Assembly (NCBI GenBank): GCA_008080765.1
Contig: SHMU01000002.1
Location: 1 to 56,551, forward strand
Length of the DNA stretch: 56,551 nt
Direction: 5' to 3'
Origin: Promethearchaeota archaeon
Lineage (GTDB): Archaea > Asgardarchaeota > Lokiarchaeia > Sigyniarchaeales > SOKP01
Below, one piece after another: positions 27,890 to 36,206 of the stretch (positions are counted from its first letter, which is position 1; every line of letters begins with the position of its first letter). Made by a program: the position numbers and the translations under genes. The notes beneath the pieces are model-generated. The model was given only the letters and a program-made list of their open reading frames with translations, was not told where the DNA came from and searched no databases.

Positions 27890-28606
27890 ATGGTTTTATA
27901 TCAAATAGATTTTGGGAGGATTCTACAAGTTTTTGTAGTTCAAGGTATTATTGCAATCTTTTTCATATATTTAATCTTTCAGATTCTCAAAAGAAATAGG
28001 AAAAAGATAAATGTTCTTTTTGCGCTCTCCTATGTATTTGTTTTAATTGGATTAGTAAATAACATGATATATGCCTTTATAAGAGATTCAGATGTATTAG
28101 TAGCCATGAATTTTATTACAAACTTCAGTATAACTTTTGCCTTAATTTTTTTGATGATATTCAATCTTATTTTGTTGTATTCTGAGAAAAAAATTACCAC
28201 ACCTAAGCAAACTATCATTATTTTACTTTATGGGGGTATTTTGTTTCTTCAAATACTCTTCCTTCCTTATAATGGAATTATTGTCAATGAAGAGACTAAT
28301 TGGAGATCGTTATGGAGCTTACCTTATTATCTGTATATAATACTAGTTATTTCAGTTGGAGCCGTGATACCCACAATTTATCTTTCGGTGCGGATCTATT
28401 TTGATATGGAAGATGAGGCCCTTCAAAAGAGATGGCTCTACTTTATTATCGGAGCTATTGGACTTTTTATTTATATGTACGGAATATTCACAACAGACCT
28501 ATTTGTTAATCAATTATTTCGTTTGATATGGACCCTTATCTCTTTGAGTATCGTTATATGGGTCTATCTAATGTATTATGGAGTTGGGCGGGAATTAGAG
28601 TCGTAA
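27890..28606 (+). CDS. Polytopic (about 7 TM) membrane protein, unknown function
   Basis: 238-aa hydrophobic ORF with no recognisable motifs. Confidence 0.5.
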   Translation: MVLYQIDFGRILQVFVVQGIIAIFFIYLIFQILKRNRKKINVLFALSYVFVLIGLVNNMIYAFIRDSDVLVAMNFITNFSITFALIFLMIFNLILLYSEKKITTPKQTIIILLYGGILFLQILFLPYNGIIVNEETNWRSLWSLPYYLYIILVISVGAVIPTIYLSVRIYFDMEDEALQKRWLYFIIGAIGLFIYMYGIFTTDLFVNQLFRLIWTLISLSIVIWVYLMYYGVGRELES

Positions 28607-28620
28607 TTTCTCAATTAAAA

Positions 28621-28707
28621 AAAATAAAAGGAATGAAAAGAATCTAAAGAAATAAAAAGAATGAAAAGAATAAAAAGAAATAAAAAGAATGAAAAGAATT
28701 AGAAAAA
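28621..28707. repeat. Three tandem ~28-nt A-rich repeats (AAATAAAAAGAATGAAAAGAAT...) in a convergent intergenic region
   Basis: Copies at 28621-28648, 28649-28676 and 28677-28707, read directly. On the minus strand they are T-rich and lie just downstream of the iscU-fusion gene, so they may act as terminator tracts. Confidence 0.7.
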
Positions 28708-28722
28708 GAGTTAAATAATCAC

Positions 28723-29520
28723 TTAAATAATTACAGCGTCAACGTATAACTCATACTCTTCATCCTCATCGTGATCATGATCGTGATCGTGAATCTTGAC
28801 CTTCTCTATCTCATTTGTTCCTTGGACCTCAAATAATTCTGATTCATATAAGATCTTGACATCAGATCGTTTTAATTGCTGCTTTATTTCTTCACTTCCC
28901 GGGGTATTTTTCGCAGAAGTTAATACTACAACTCTTCCCGTGTACTTTGTCAACTTTAATGCTAACTCTAAACTTTTATCACCCCTATCAATTATTAAAA
29001 CTCTTTTTTCTTTGAATTCATTCAAATCTTGAACTTCTTCATAGACACCCTTTCCTAGAAAGTCCTCAAGACCTTTTATATCTTCGATATCCGTAATTTT
29101 ACATGAGGAAACCGCTTCTACTTCGGGATTAGCTCCCTCTCGATAATTATCAATGGCGGCTTTTAGAGCATCTGCTGCAAGATTAGAACAATGCATTTTA
29201 ATGGGAGGCAAGCCTTCCAATTCATCTGCAACATCATTTCGAGATATCTTGTAGGCCTCATCTAAGGTTAATCCTTTTGCCATCTCTGTCGTCATAGAGC
29301 TCGTGGCTACAGCAGACCCGCACCCAAATGTTCGAAACTTTATATCTTCTATAATATCTTCTCCATGCTCATTTTTCCCTATTTGTAAAAACATTTCCAT
29401 GATGTCCCCGCAAACGGGATTTCCTACTTTTCCATATCCATCTGCATTCTCAATAGTTCCTACATTTCTCGGATTTCGAAAATGGTCTAAGACTTTTTCT
29501 GAATATTGAGTAGATTTCAC
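28723..29520 (-). CDS. iscU: IscU/NifU-type Fe-S scaffold fused to a degenerate thioredoxin-reductase NADPH-domain-like segment
   Basis: N-terminal GNPVCGD, FGCGSA and HCSNLA provide all three Cys. The C-terminal half FLGKGVYEEVQDL..KRVLIIDRGDKSLELALKLTKYTGRVVVL aligns with TrxB F.GKGVSxCAxCDG..KxVxVIGGGNxAxEEA, but CxxC and GxGxxA are lost. It also has an HDHDHDHDEDEE tract. GTG start with GGAGG upstream. Confidence 0.8.
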   Translation of the reverse strand: MKSTQYSEKVLDHFRNPRNVGTIENADGYGKVGNPVCGDIMEMFLQIGKNEHGEDIIEDIKFRTFGCGSAVATSSMTTEMAKGLTLDEAYKISRNDVADELEGLPPIKMHCSNLAADALKAAIDNYREGANPEVEAVSSCKITDIEDIKGLEDFLGKGVYEEVQDLNEFKEKRVLIIDRGDKSLELALKLTKYTGRVVVLTSAKNTPGSEEIKQQLKRSDVKILYESELFEVQGTNEIEKVKIHDHDHDHDEDEEYELYVDAVII

Positions 29521-29525
29521 TTTGT

Positions 29526-30734
29526 TTAACCTCCATAGTTAGTTTTTTCAATCTCTTTATAATAATTTAATAATTCTTGAGATGTTAATGGTGATAACAA
29601 GCGTAATCTTTTTACGATATCGGGTAGAACTTCTAATGTTTTTTCGATTTCGTTTTCTTTTGTATATCTTCCGAGTGAAAATAATAAACTTCCATGTGCC
29701 TCCTCATGGAGTAAGCCCATAGCAATAAGTGTATGAGAGGGTTCTAAAGTTTTAGAAGAGCATGCGGAGCCTGTTGCAGCCGCAATATTTTGATCTTTTA
29801 AACTCAGAATTAATGATTCCCCTTCAATATAATCAAATCGAAAGTGTGCATTATTGGGAAGACGCTTCGTGGGATGCCCATTGAGATAGGAATTTGGAAT
29901 TGACTCTAAAACACCTTTGATGAGACGATCTCGCAATCGTTCTAAATATTGTGCCTCGTCTTCCATTTCATTCTTCATAATTTCGGCGGCTTTAGAAAAA
30001 CCTACAATTCCGGAAATATTTTCAGAGCCGGACCTCATTCCTTTTTCTTGCCCTCCTCCAATGATAATGGGATTTACTCTTACACCTTTCTTTAAATAAA
30101 GTGCTCCCACTCCCTTCGGACCGTAGATATCATTTGAAGAGAGTGTAATTAAATCTATGGGCGTTTTCTGAACGTCTATAGGAATCACACTTTCACTTGC
30201 AAGCGCATCTGTATGGAATAAAATTTGATGATCTAATGCAATGTCACTAATTTCTTTTATAGGTTGTAAGGTACCAACCTCATTACTTGCTGTAGATATG
30301 GAAATTAAAATAGTCTCATCGGTAATTAAATGTTTTAATTTCTCAAGTTTTACCATTCCATATTGGTCTACAGGAATTCGACTTACCTTAAACCCATTTC
30401 TTTCTAAATATTTACTGATATTCCGGATCGAAATATGTTCAATTTCAGAAATGATTATATGATTTCCTTTACGTTCATTTTTCAGTGCTGCTCCAATGAG
30501 TGCCAAATTATTTGACTCTGTAGCACCTGAAGTAAAAACAATACTGGAAGGTTGAGGCGCGTTAATAAAATCAGCAATTATTTTTCTTGAATCTTGAAGG
30601 ATTTCTGTAGCATTATCTCCCGGCTTATGTAAGCTTGCTGGATTGGCAAACTTGTCATTGAAATAGGGGACCATCGCATCAACTACCCTTGTATCGACCG
30701 GCTTTGCTGCTTGATAATCTAGATATACTTTCAT
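29526..30734 (-). CDS. iscS: IscS/NifS-like class-V aminotransferase-fold protein lacking the PLP-binding lysine
   Basis: FTSGATESNN, HTDA, SSNDIYGPKGVGALY (canonical S[GA]HK.YGPKG), ATGSACSSKTLEPSHTLIAMG with the catalytic Cys present. Confidence 0.85.
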   Translation of the reverse strand: MKVYLDYQAAKPVDTRVVDAMVPYFNDKFANPASLHKPGDNATEILQDSRKIIADFINAPQPSSIVFTSGATESNNLALIGAALKNERKGNHIIISEIEHISIRNISKYLERNGFKVSRIPVDQYGMVKLEKLKHLITDETILISISTASNEVGTLQPIKEISDIALDHQILFHTDALASESVIPIDVQKTPIDLITLSSNDIYGPKGVGALYLKKGVRVNPIIIGGGQEKGMRSGSENISGIVGFSKAAEIMKNEMEDEAQYLERLRDRLIKGVLESIPNSYLNGHPTKRLPNNAHFRFDYIEGESLILSLKDQNIAAATGSACSSKTLEPSHTLIAMGLLHEEAHGSLLFSLGRYTKENEIEKTLEVLPDIVKRLRLLSPLTSQELLNYYKEIEKTNYGG

Positions 30735-30765
30735 TATACTTATTCACCAAATTTTCTGTTAAAAA

Positions 30766-30830
30766 AATAATTTTGATTAAAAATTAAATTTTGATTAAAA
30801 ATAAAATTTTGATTAAAAATTAAAAATTAA
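30766..30830. repeat. Three tandem copies of A(A)TTTTGATTAAAAAT between the dsrE-like stop and the iscS start
   Basis: taattttgattaaaaat / taaattttgattaaaaa / taaaattttgattaaaaat, with a period of about 17-18 nt, read directly. Confidence 0.7.
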
Positions 30831-30841
30831 ATTTGTTTGAA

Positions 30842-31204
30842 TTAAAACCACATAACACCATCTGCATCCAATACAAGATCATTCAAGGTCGCTGCTCCAA
30901 CTATCTTTACACCCTCTATCAAATCAACAGTTTCCCAACCTAGCATTCTTTTTGACGCCTCACATACCAGGATTTCTATATCCGACTTCAAGGTTTTGTC
31001 AATCATCTGCTTTACGGAGGGAAAGTCTCCTAACTTAATTTTATCCGCTTCACCTGGCTTTAATATTTTCAAACCAAGTCCTAAATAATAAACAGTAGCA
31101 TCTATATCCATAGCCTTAGCTGTTTGGGCAAGTACTAATGGAGAATATTGGCGTGCTGGAACATCACTTGTTTGGACATATAATAAACGCTTTTTTTCTG
31201 CCAC
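30842..31204 (-). CDS. DsrE/DsrF-like sulfur-relay family protein
   Basis: 120 aa. The pattern LLYVQTSD...ATVYYLGLGL...ILVCEAS...VMWF resembles COG2044/DsrE-like proteins. GTG start 3 nt after the tusA stop. Confidence 0.65.
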   Translation of the reverse strand: MAEKKRLLYVQTSDVPARQYSPLVLAQTAKAMDIDATVYYLGLGLKILKPGEADKIKLGDFPSVKQMIDKTLKSDIEILVCEASKRMLGWETVDLIEGVKIVGAATLNDLVLDADGVMWF

Positions 31205-31207
31205 TTT

Positions 31208-31489
31208 TTATTCACCTCCATCATTTTTCTTTCTAAATGTAAAAGATAATAGATTTCCATTTTTGACGAAGTCAATAATTTCAAAATCCGTTACTCGCTT
31301 TGCCCATCGTTTAAAATCTTCTTCAGCTGCTGGATCGTCAGCGACAACCTTAAAACATTGCCCAATTTCTACTTTTTCGCTTAATTCTCGTAGTTGAAAC
31401 AATGGCTCCGGACAAAATAATCCTGTGGTATCTAATTCTTTAACTATTTCTGGTTCTTTTTTCTCCTTTAACATTTTTGTTCCTCTCAT
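31208..31489 (-). CDS. tusA: TusA-family sulfurtransferase
   Basis: Canonical LDTTGLFCPEPL (CPxP) motif; about 90 aa. Confidence 0.8.
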   Translation of the reverse strand: MRGTKMLKEKKEPEIVKELDTTGLFCPEPLFQLRELSEKVEIGQCFKVVADDPAAEEDFKRWAKRVTDFEIIDFVKNGNLLSFTFRKKNDGGE

Positions 31490-31804
31490 ATTTTTAACTA
31501 ATGTATTTTAAATTCTAACAAAGTTCTTAGACAAGAATCTTTGTTTAATTTCTTAACTATTATAAAGATATATTTATGATTTCAAAAACTAATGTATTAT
31601 TTTTTAACAAATTTCGATCATTTAAGTTTTTAAAAAATAAGATTATTTAAATTTAGTTTATAGAATAAAAGAAAAAAACTAAACTAACAAAAAAGAGCAA
31701 GTAATAAGAGGATTTTACTATATTAAGAGGTCTTTTTTAAGCTTTTAAATAGTAAAATAATGAGTTTTAAATAATAGAACGCTGTTGTGAGAAAAGAAGA
31801 ACAT

Positions 31805-32434
31805 TTACATTTGTTTCACGATCTTTTCTGCCCGCTTTCTGATCTTTAAACGTTGTTTAGCTTTTGCTTGATAACGGTTTTGGGCTCTTTTTTTCCATCG
31901 TCTTTCCCAAGACGGAAAACCAGTCTTTACAAAATGCTTTCTGTTAGGATAATCTTGACATACCCAATTAAAAAGAGTAAAAAACCGACCTTTATAATCA
32001 TTCACATCGATTTTTGAGCGTACTCCCAAATTTCGTAAATGAGAAAAGAATTTTGCTTCTACAGCATCTTGAAGTACACCTTCAACGATTGCTGGCTGAT
32101 AATTGATATTTTCTTCTTTGATCCATTCTCTTACAAGATCAAAACAGTTACCTCGACAGAGCAGAATTCGGTCTTTTTCTTTATCAAAATTAAGACTTTT
32201 CAAACCATCTCTAACCGCAGCAAGAATCTGCTTTTTTGGACGATTTTCCTCCCGATTTTGTTTCTGATATAATCCCACGGGGATTCCTCGGAAGATAATC
32301 TTGCCTGAAGAAGTATCGTGAAACCCTATAAATGCATCTCCGACAAGATCGCCGGTACCCGCATCATCGATTTCAATGGTTCTTCCTTTCCATTCGGTTG
32401 CGTTCTCTGTTGATATACAATTCATATCGTTCAT
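31805..32434 (-). CDS. Hypothetical protein with a strongly basic C-terminal tail
   Basis: 209 aa. Has EIDDAGTGDLVGDAFIG (faint RNase-H-fold-like DxxG) and the tail WERRWKKRAQNRYQAKAKQRLKIRKRAEK. Confidence 0.45.
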   Translation of the reverse strand: MNDMNCISTENATEWKGRTIEIDDAGTGDLVGDAFIGFHDTSSGKIIFRGIPVGLYQKQNREENRPKKQILAAVRDGLKSLNFDKEKDRILLCRGNCFDLVREWIKEENINYQPAIVEGVLQDAVEAKFFSHLRNLGVRSKIDVNDYKGRFFTLFNWVCQDYPNRKHFVKTGFPSWERRWKKRAQNRYQAKAKQRLKIRKRAEKIVKQM

Positions 32435-32559
32435 TTTATTTCTATTCTTTGTTGTAAAAATTTATTCTATTGTTATTCTTGTAATCGACTTAGTAGTGTC
32501 TTTCAAGTGATTAAATGTATATTCTCTTTTAATTTTTGGTAATTTTTAATATTAAGAAG

Positions 32560-32586
32560 ATAAAAAAGAAAAAAACGAAAAAAATG
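32560..32586 (-). terminator. Oligo-T tracts downstream of the histone gene
   Basis: The minus strand reads CATTTTTTTCGTTTTTTTCTTTTTT within 65 nt of the stop. Confidence 0.4.
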
Positions 32587-32624
32587 AGATAATTAGAAAT
32601 TTTAAATTTTGAAGGGGTATGAAT

Positions 32625-32861
32625 TTAATCTATATCTCCAAACTCGCTTTCCACTAAATCTATAGCTAAATTCATATCCTCCATCGTTAACTTCTTTCTA
32701 TTCGCATGTCGTGTCATCTCAAGAGCTACACCAGTAACGTGCTCAGCCATATTCTCGAGATATTCTATTAGAGCATCAACTGCATCCCGAGCAACCATTT
32801 CAGCACCATTATCCTTCATAAGCTTCCTGATAGGACTCCATGCAAATACCTTTTTTGCCAT
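32625..32861 (-). CDS. Archaeal histone (HMf-type histone fold)
   Basis: PIRKLMKDNGAEMVARDAVDALIEYLENMAEHVTGVALEMTRHANRKKLTMEDMNLAI matches the archaeal histone alpha1-L1-alpha2-L2-alpha3 pattern. GGAGG lies 13 nt upstream. Confidence 0.85.
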   Translation of the reverse strand: MAKKVFAWSPIRKLMKDNGAEMVARDAVDALIEYLENMAEHVTGVALEMTRHANRKKLTMEDMNLAIDLVESEFGDID

Positions 32862-33209
32862 ATCTTTTCATTCCTCCACTTTTTGTAACTTGATTTTTTT
32901 AAGACTAAATTGAAGTTTAAGAATTTTTCAATAAACTTCTCTATCTAAATATATATCATTCAAATATTTAAACCTTTTGGTTAGATCGGTCAAAATGTAT
33001 AAGGGGGTTAATAATTTAATAACTTTTATCCGATCGACAAAAATTTGAAGTCTTAGTAAAACAATGGTAGATAACTCTTGCGCGCATTAGAGCAGAGATT
33101 TTTGGTAACTTTCCATTTAATAAATGCTTGATCGATCAGTGTTTCCCTAACAATATTGGTACAAAAAAGGAATAAGCCTTATTAAGAAAGATAATTCTCG
33201 GACAATGCA

Positions 33210-36107
33210 CTAAAAAAATTGCAATTTAAAGGTACGGAGTTCATATTTACCCATCCTAAAAATTAACGTTCTTTTATGGATGTCCCATGTGAAAGGTCTT
33301 TTCTCTTCTCTTTCTATAAGGTCTACGGAGAATATAGTTTTTATTCTCTGAGAGAATATTTCATTAAAAGTTATGCACACCTCGGTGGGTACACCACAAA
33401 TTTCTTTAAATCTTAGAATAAGTTCATCCTTCATATCCCATTCGTTTACTTTTAGAGCATTTAAAATGATATTATGGGGGGAAATTTTTAAGAAAGGATC
33501 ACTCATGGAAAATTCATTTTCATTTGGAATAAAATTTCCCAAGGGAATAATTAAGATAGGATTGTTAAATTCTTCAGCTTTTTTTTTTACCACAGAGTTG
33601 GCAGATCCCTCCATATTTAGTAATGCTCCACCTTTATGGGGAAATAATGCATATCGGCAGCTAAATAAGCCTAATCCGCTGTATTCTGGTACTTCATGCC
33701 CATGGATTCGTTCATTTAGTTCTCTCTCTTTATTAATCCAGGCTTCTGGGGCGGACTCGGGATAACGACAAGCTCGAAGAAGCGTCAAACTCATCTTTTC
33801 CTCCAAAACATCGAATGCATATTTCCCTTCATTTATAATGGCAATTCCCCATTTATTATTTGGGGTACTGAAATCAAAATACTTATGACAAATTTTCTCA
33901 AAGCGAGCGATGTCACAAGGTGTTTCTGGATGAATTTTGGAAGAAATAGCACATGCCATACCATCAGCAATAACCTCTTGTGAATTGGTAGCTGGGGTGT
34001 ATTTGATTTTTACCATTATATCTTTCTGGCTCCAATCCGTAAAATACTCCAGAAATAATTGAGGACATTCCTTAAACAAGGTTAAATTTTGATGAATAGT
34101 ATCTTTTCCGATTACTTTTGAGACTGATAAACGTGAATAAACGGGTCCTTTCTGGATAATGGATATCTTTACGTTTTTGTTATTTTGAAAGGGTAGTAGG
34201 TGATTCCAGTACTTAGGAGTTAAATTCCATGCATGATATTTGATAGGCACTCTATCTCGATAGCAAAATGTGAGATTTGATCCCTTTCCGCTTAAGAGGT
34301 TTTCATTATTATTTATCATTGCAGATCTTAGCTCGATAAGAGCCCCATTTTGTTTATTAATCTTAATATAAGTGAGATCATTTGAAATTGAATCACCAGA
34401 AATTTTCAAGTCTCTTATACTTTTTTCTGATTTTAATGATTTATATTCTTCTGAAGTAAGAAGTTGGAGGGTTACTCTACTGAAGCTTAATGCTTCTATT
34501 GAAAATACAGTCCACCACCCAGAGGGTCGAGGATCTATGGAATCCTCGGGATCACCGGGAAAGGGTTGGCAAATATATTCCTGTTCAATATGATCTTTCA
34601 CTATTAATTTAGCATAAGGAAGTTCTTTTCCTCTCAGTTCTTCTAATTCTTGCTCAAATATTGTACTTGGAATAAAAAGAGGGGACTTTCTTTTCCAGCT
34701 AAGTGGATTGAAAAGTAAAAGCTCCCTTTTCGAAGTTGTAACCGTGTGTTTTTTGTTATATGAAAATTGTTCTCCGATATTAATTATGAGTTTATCAATT
34801 ACTTCTTGTTGATTTTTCCAATCTTCCCAGCAATCATCATAGACTTCGGGAATTGAAGACCCCGGTAAGATATCATGAAATTGATTTTTTAAGGTCTTTT
34901 TCCATAAATATTCCATTTGTTTTCTTGGATAAATAAAATCAGAGAAGAAATAGCAAACAATAGATAATAAACTCTCTAATGATGGTAATAAATTTTCAAA
35001 TTTTCGATTATAACGTTTTACTTGAGCATGATTTGAGAAACAACCCCTATGAAATTCTAAATAAAGCTCATCGTTCCAAATAGGGAAATAAGAACTATAA
35101 GGTACAAGATCTTCAAAAAAATTGCTCACAGTGCTCCAGCGAAACCATTTTAATTCTGAAAGCTTATTAACCTCAGCAACCTCCTTGTGTGTAGGTCCAT
35201 GACCACCATCACTTTTTCCAAAAAACAATCCTACATGGGGACATATCTTTTGATTATCTACATGGTTTTTGAAAGTAGAATAGTCATCTTCATAACGCCA
35301 CATCCTTTTAACTTGATCTTTAAGTAAATGTCTCCCTATTTCATAAGTTTCCCATGTTTCTAACACTTGCGGATCATAATGAAAGTTCGCGCATCTTAGC
35401 TTCGAACCATCGGGAGATTGCCACCAGAAATGGGTGAAAGGAAAGATAGTATCTTTATTCCATGTCATTTTGCTTGTCCATAAAAATTTAACTCCCGATT
35501 TCACCAAGATTTGAGGAAGTCCATAATTGTAACCAAATGAATCAAGAAGCCATTCCACTTGGGGTAGTTTGTTGAAATAAGTCTTGTAAAATCTCATTCC
35601 GTACAGTCGCTGTCGGATCATAGCCTCATCAGAGGGCATCATAGCATCGGGTTCAACATAGGAGCCTCCTACAAGCTCAATATTGCCTGCCCTTACCTTT
35701 GCTTGTATCTCTTTGAACAATTGAGGATTATCTTCTAAGATCCATTCCAAAAGAATTGGTTGACTTAGGGCAAAACAAAATTTATCGGGAAAAAGTTCCG
35801 AATGAAGAACTGCCTTAGTATAGGTGACTTGAGCTTTTTTTCGGGTTTGCTCTTCGCGCCACATCCATGCGATATCGATGTGAGATTGCCCCACCATATG
35901 CACCGTTAATTTTTGTGGTGGAATTGTGGGTGTTATATTGCTTTTCCATCGTTTCAGCTTGCGTTTGATGCGAATGGTGCTGTTCTCTCCCAACCATCTT
36001 TCTCGAACTTCTTTTGTGTCATGTTTAGGTTCTTCACATTTGGAAGTGTCTAATCTAAAATTTTTGGAATAGCATCCTTGAATCTTTAGCAGATTATATT
36101 CTTTCAA
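33210..36107 (-). CDS. GH38-family alpha-mannosidase
   Basis: N-terminal HMVGQSHIDIAWMWR metal/nucleophile region; 965-aa size and the domain order are typical of GH38. Confidence 0.8.
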   Translation of the reverse strand: MKEYNLLKIQGCYSKNFRLDTSKCEEPKHDTKEVRERWLGENSTIRIKRKLKRWKSNITPTIPPQKLTVHMVGQSHIDIAWMWREEQTRKKAQVTYTKAVLHSELFPDKFCFALSQPILLEWILEDNPQLFKEIQAKVRAGNIELVGGSYVEPDAMMPSDEAMIRQRLYGMRFYKTYFNKLPQVEWLLDSFGYNYGLPQILVKSGVKFLWTSKMTWNKDTIFPFTHFWWQSPDGSKLRCANFHYDPQVLETWETYEIGRHLLKDQVKRMWRYEDDYSTFKNHVDNQKICPHVGLFFGKSDGGHGPTHKEVAEVNKLSELKWFRWSTVSNFFEDLVPYSSYFPIWNDELYLEFHRGCFSNHAQVKRYNRKFENLLPSLESLLSIVCYFFSDFIYPRKQMEYLWKKTLKNQFHDILPGSSIPEVYDDCWEDWKNQQEVIDKLIINIGEQFSYNKKHTVTTSKRELLLFNPLSWKRKSPLFIPSTIFEQELEELRGKELPYAKLIVKDHIEQEYICQPFPGDPEDSIDPRPSGWWTVFSIEALSFSRVTLQLLTSEEYKSLKSEKSIRDLKISGDSISNDLTYIKINKQNGALIELRSAMINNNENLLSGKGSNLTFCYRDRVPIKYHAWNLTPKYWNHLLPFQNNKNVKISIIQKGPVYSRLSVSKVIGKDTIHQNLTLFKECPQLFLEYFTDWSQKDIMVKIKYTPATNSQEVIADGMACAISSKIHPETPCDIARFEKICHKYFDFSTPNNKWGIAIINEGKYAFDVLEEKMSLTLLRACRYPESAPEAWINKERELNERIHGHEVPEYSGLGLFSCRYALFPHKGGALLNMEGSANSVVKKKAEEFNNPILIIPLGNFIPNENEFSMSDPFLKISPHNIILNALKVNEWDMKDELILRFKEICGVPTEVCITFNEIFSQRIKTIFSVDLIEREEKRPFTWDIHKRTLIFRMGKYELRTFKLQFF

Positions 36108-36206
36108 TTTTCCCCATCCTATTATTTGTAGTATATGATATGTACTTCAAAAGAATTCTTATATATTGGCTAAAAGAACTATCCTACAATAGGTTTTCGA
36201 TTTAAA

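Noticed and set aside
28621-28707. CRISPR array (also considered for 30766-30830)
   Set aside because: The units are contiguous with no unique spacers. They are only 17-28 nt, there are 3 copies, they are A/T homopolymer-rich, and no cas genes are in the window.
28030-30462. ORFs 28030..28218 (-), 28796..29032 (+), 29303..29509 (+), 29917..30099 (+) and 30241..30462 (+)
   Set aside because: They lie opposite the membrane protein, the iscU-fusion gene and the iscS-like gene, and have no independent support.
33373-35997. ORFs 33373..33765 (+), 34372..34593 (+) and 35815..35997 (-, alternate frame) within the GH38 gene
   Set aside because: They are embedded in a 965-aa CDS with a clear family signature, and are shadow or alternate-frame ORFs.
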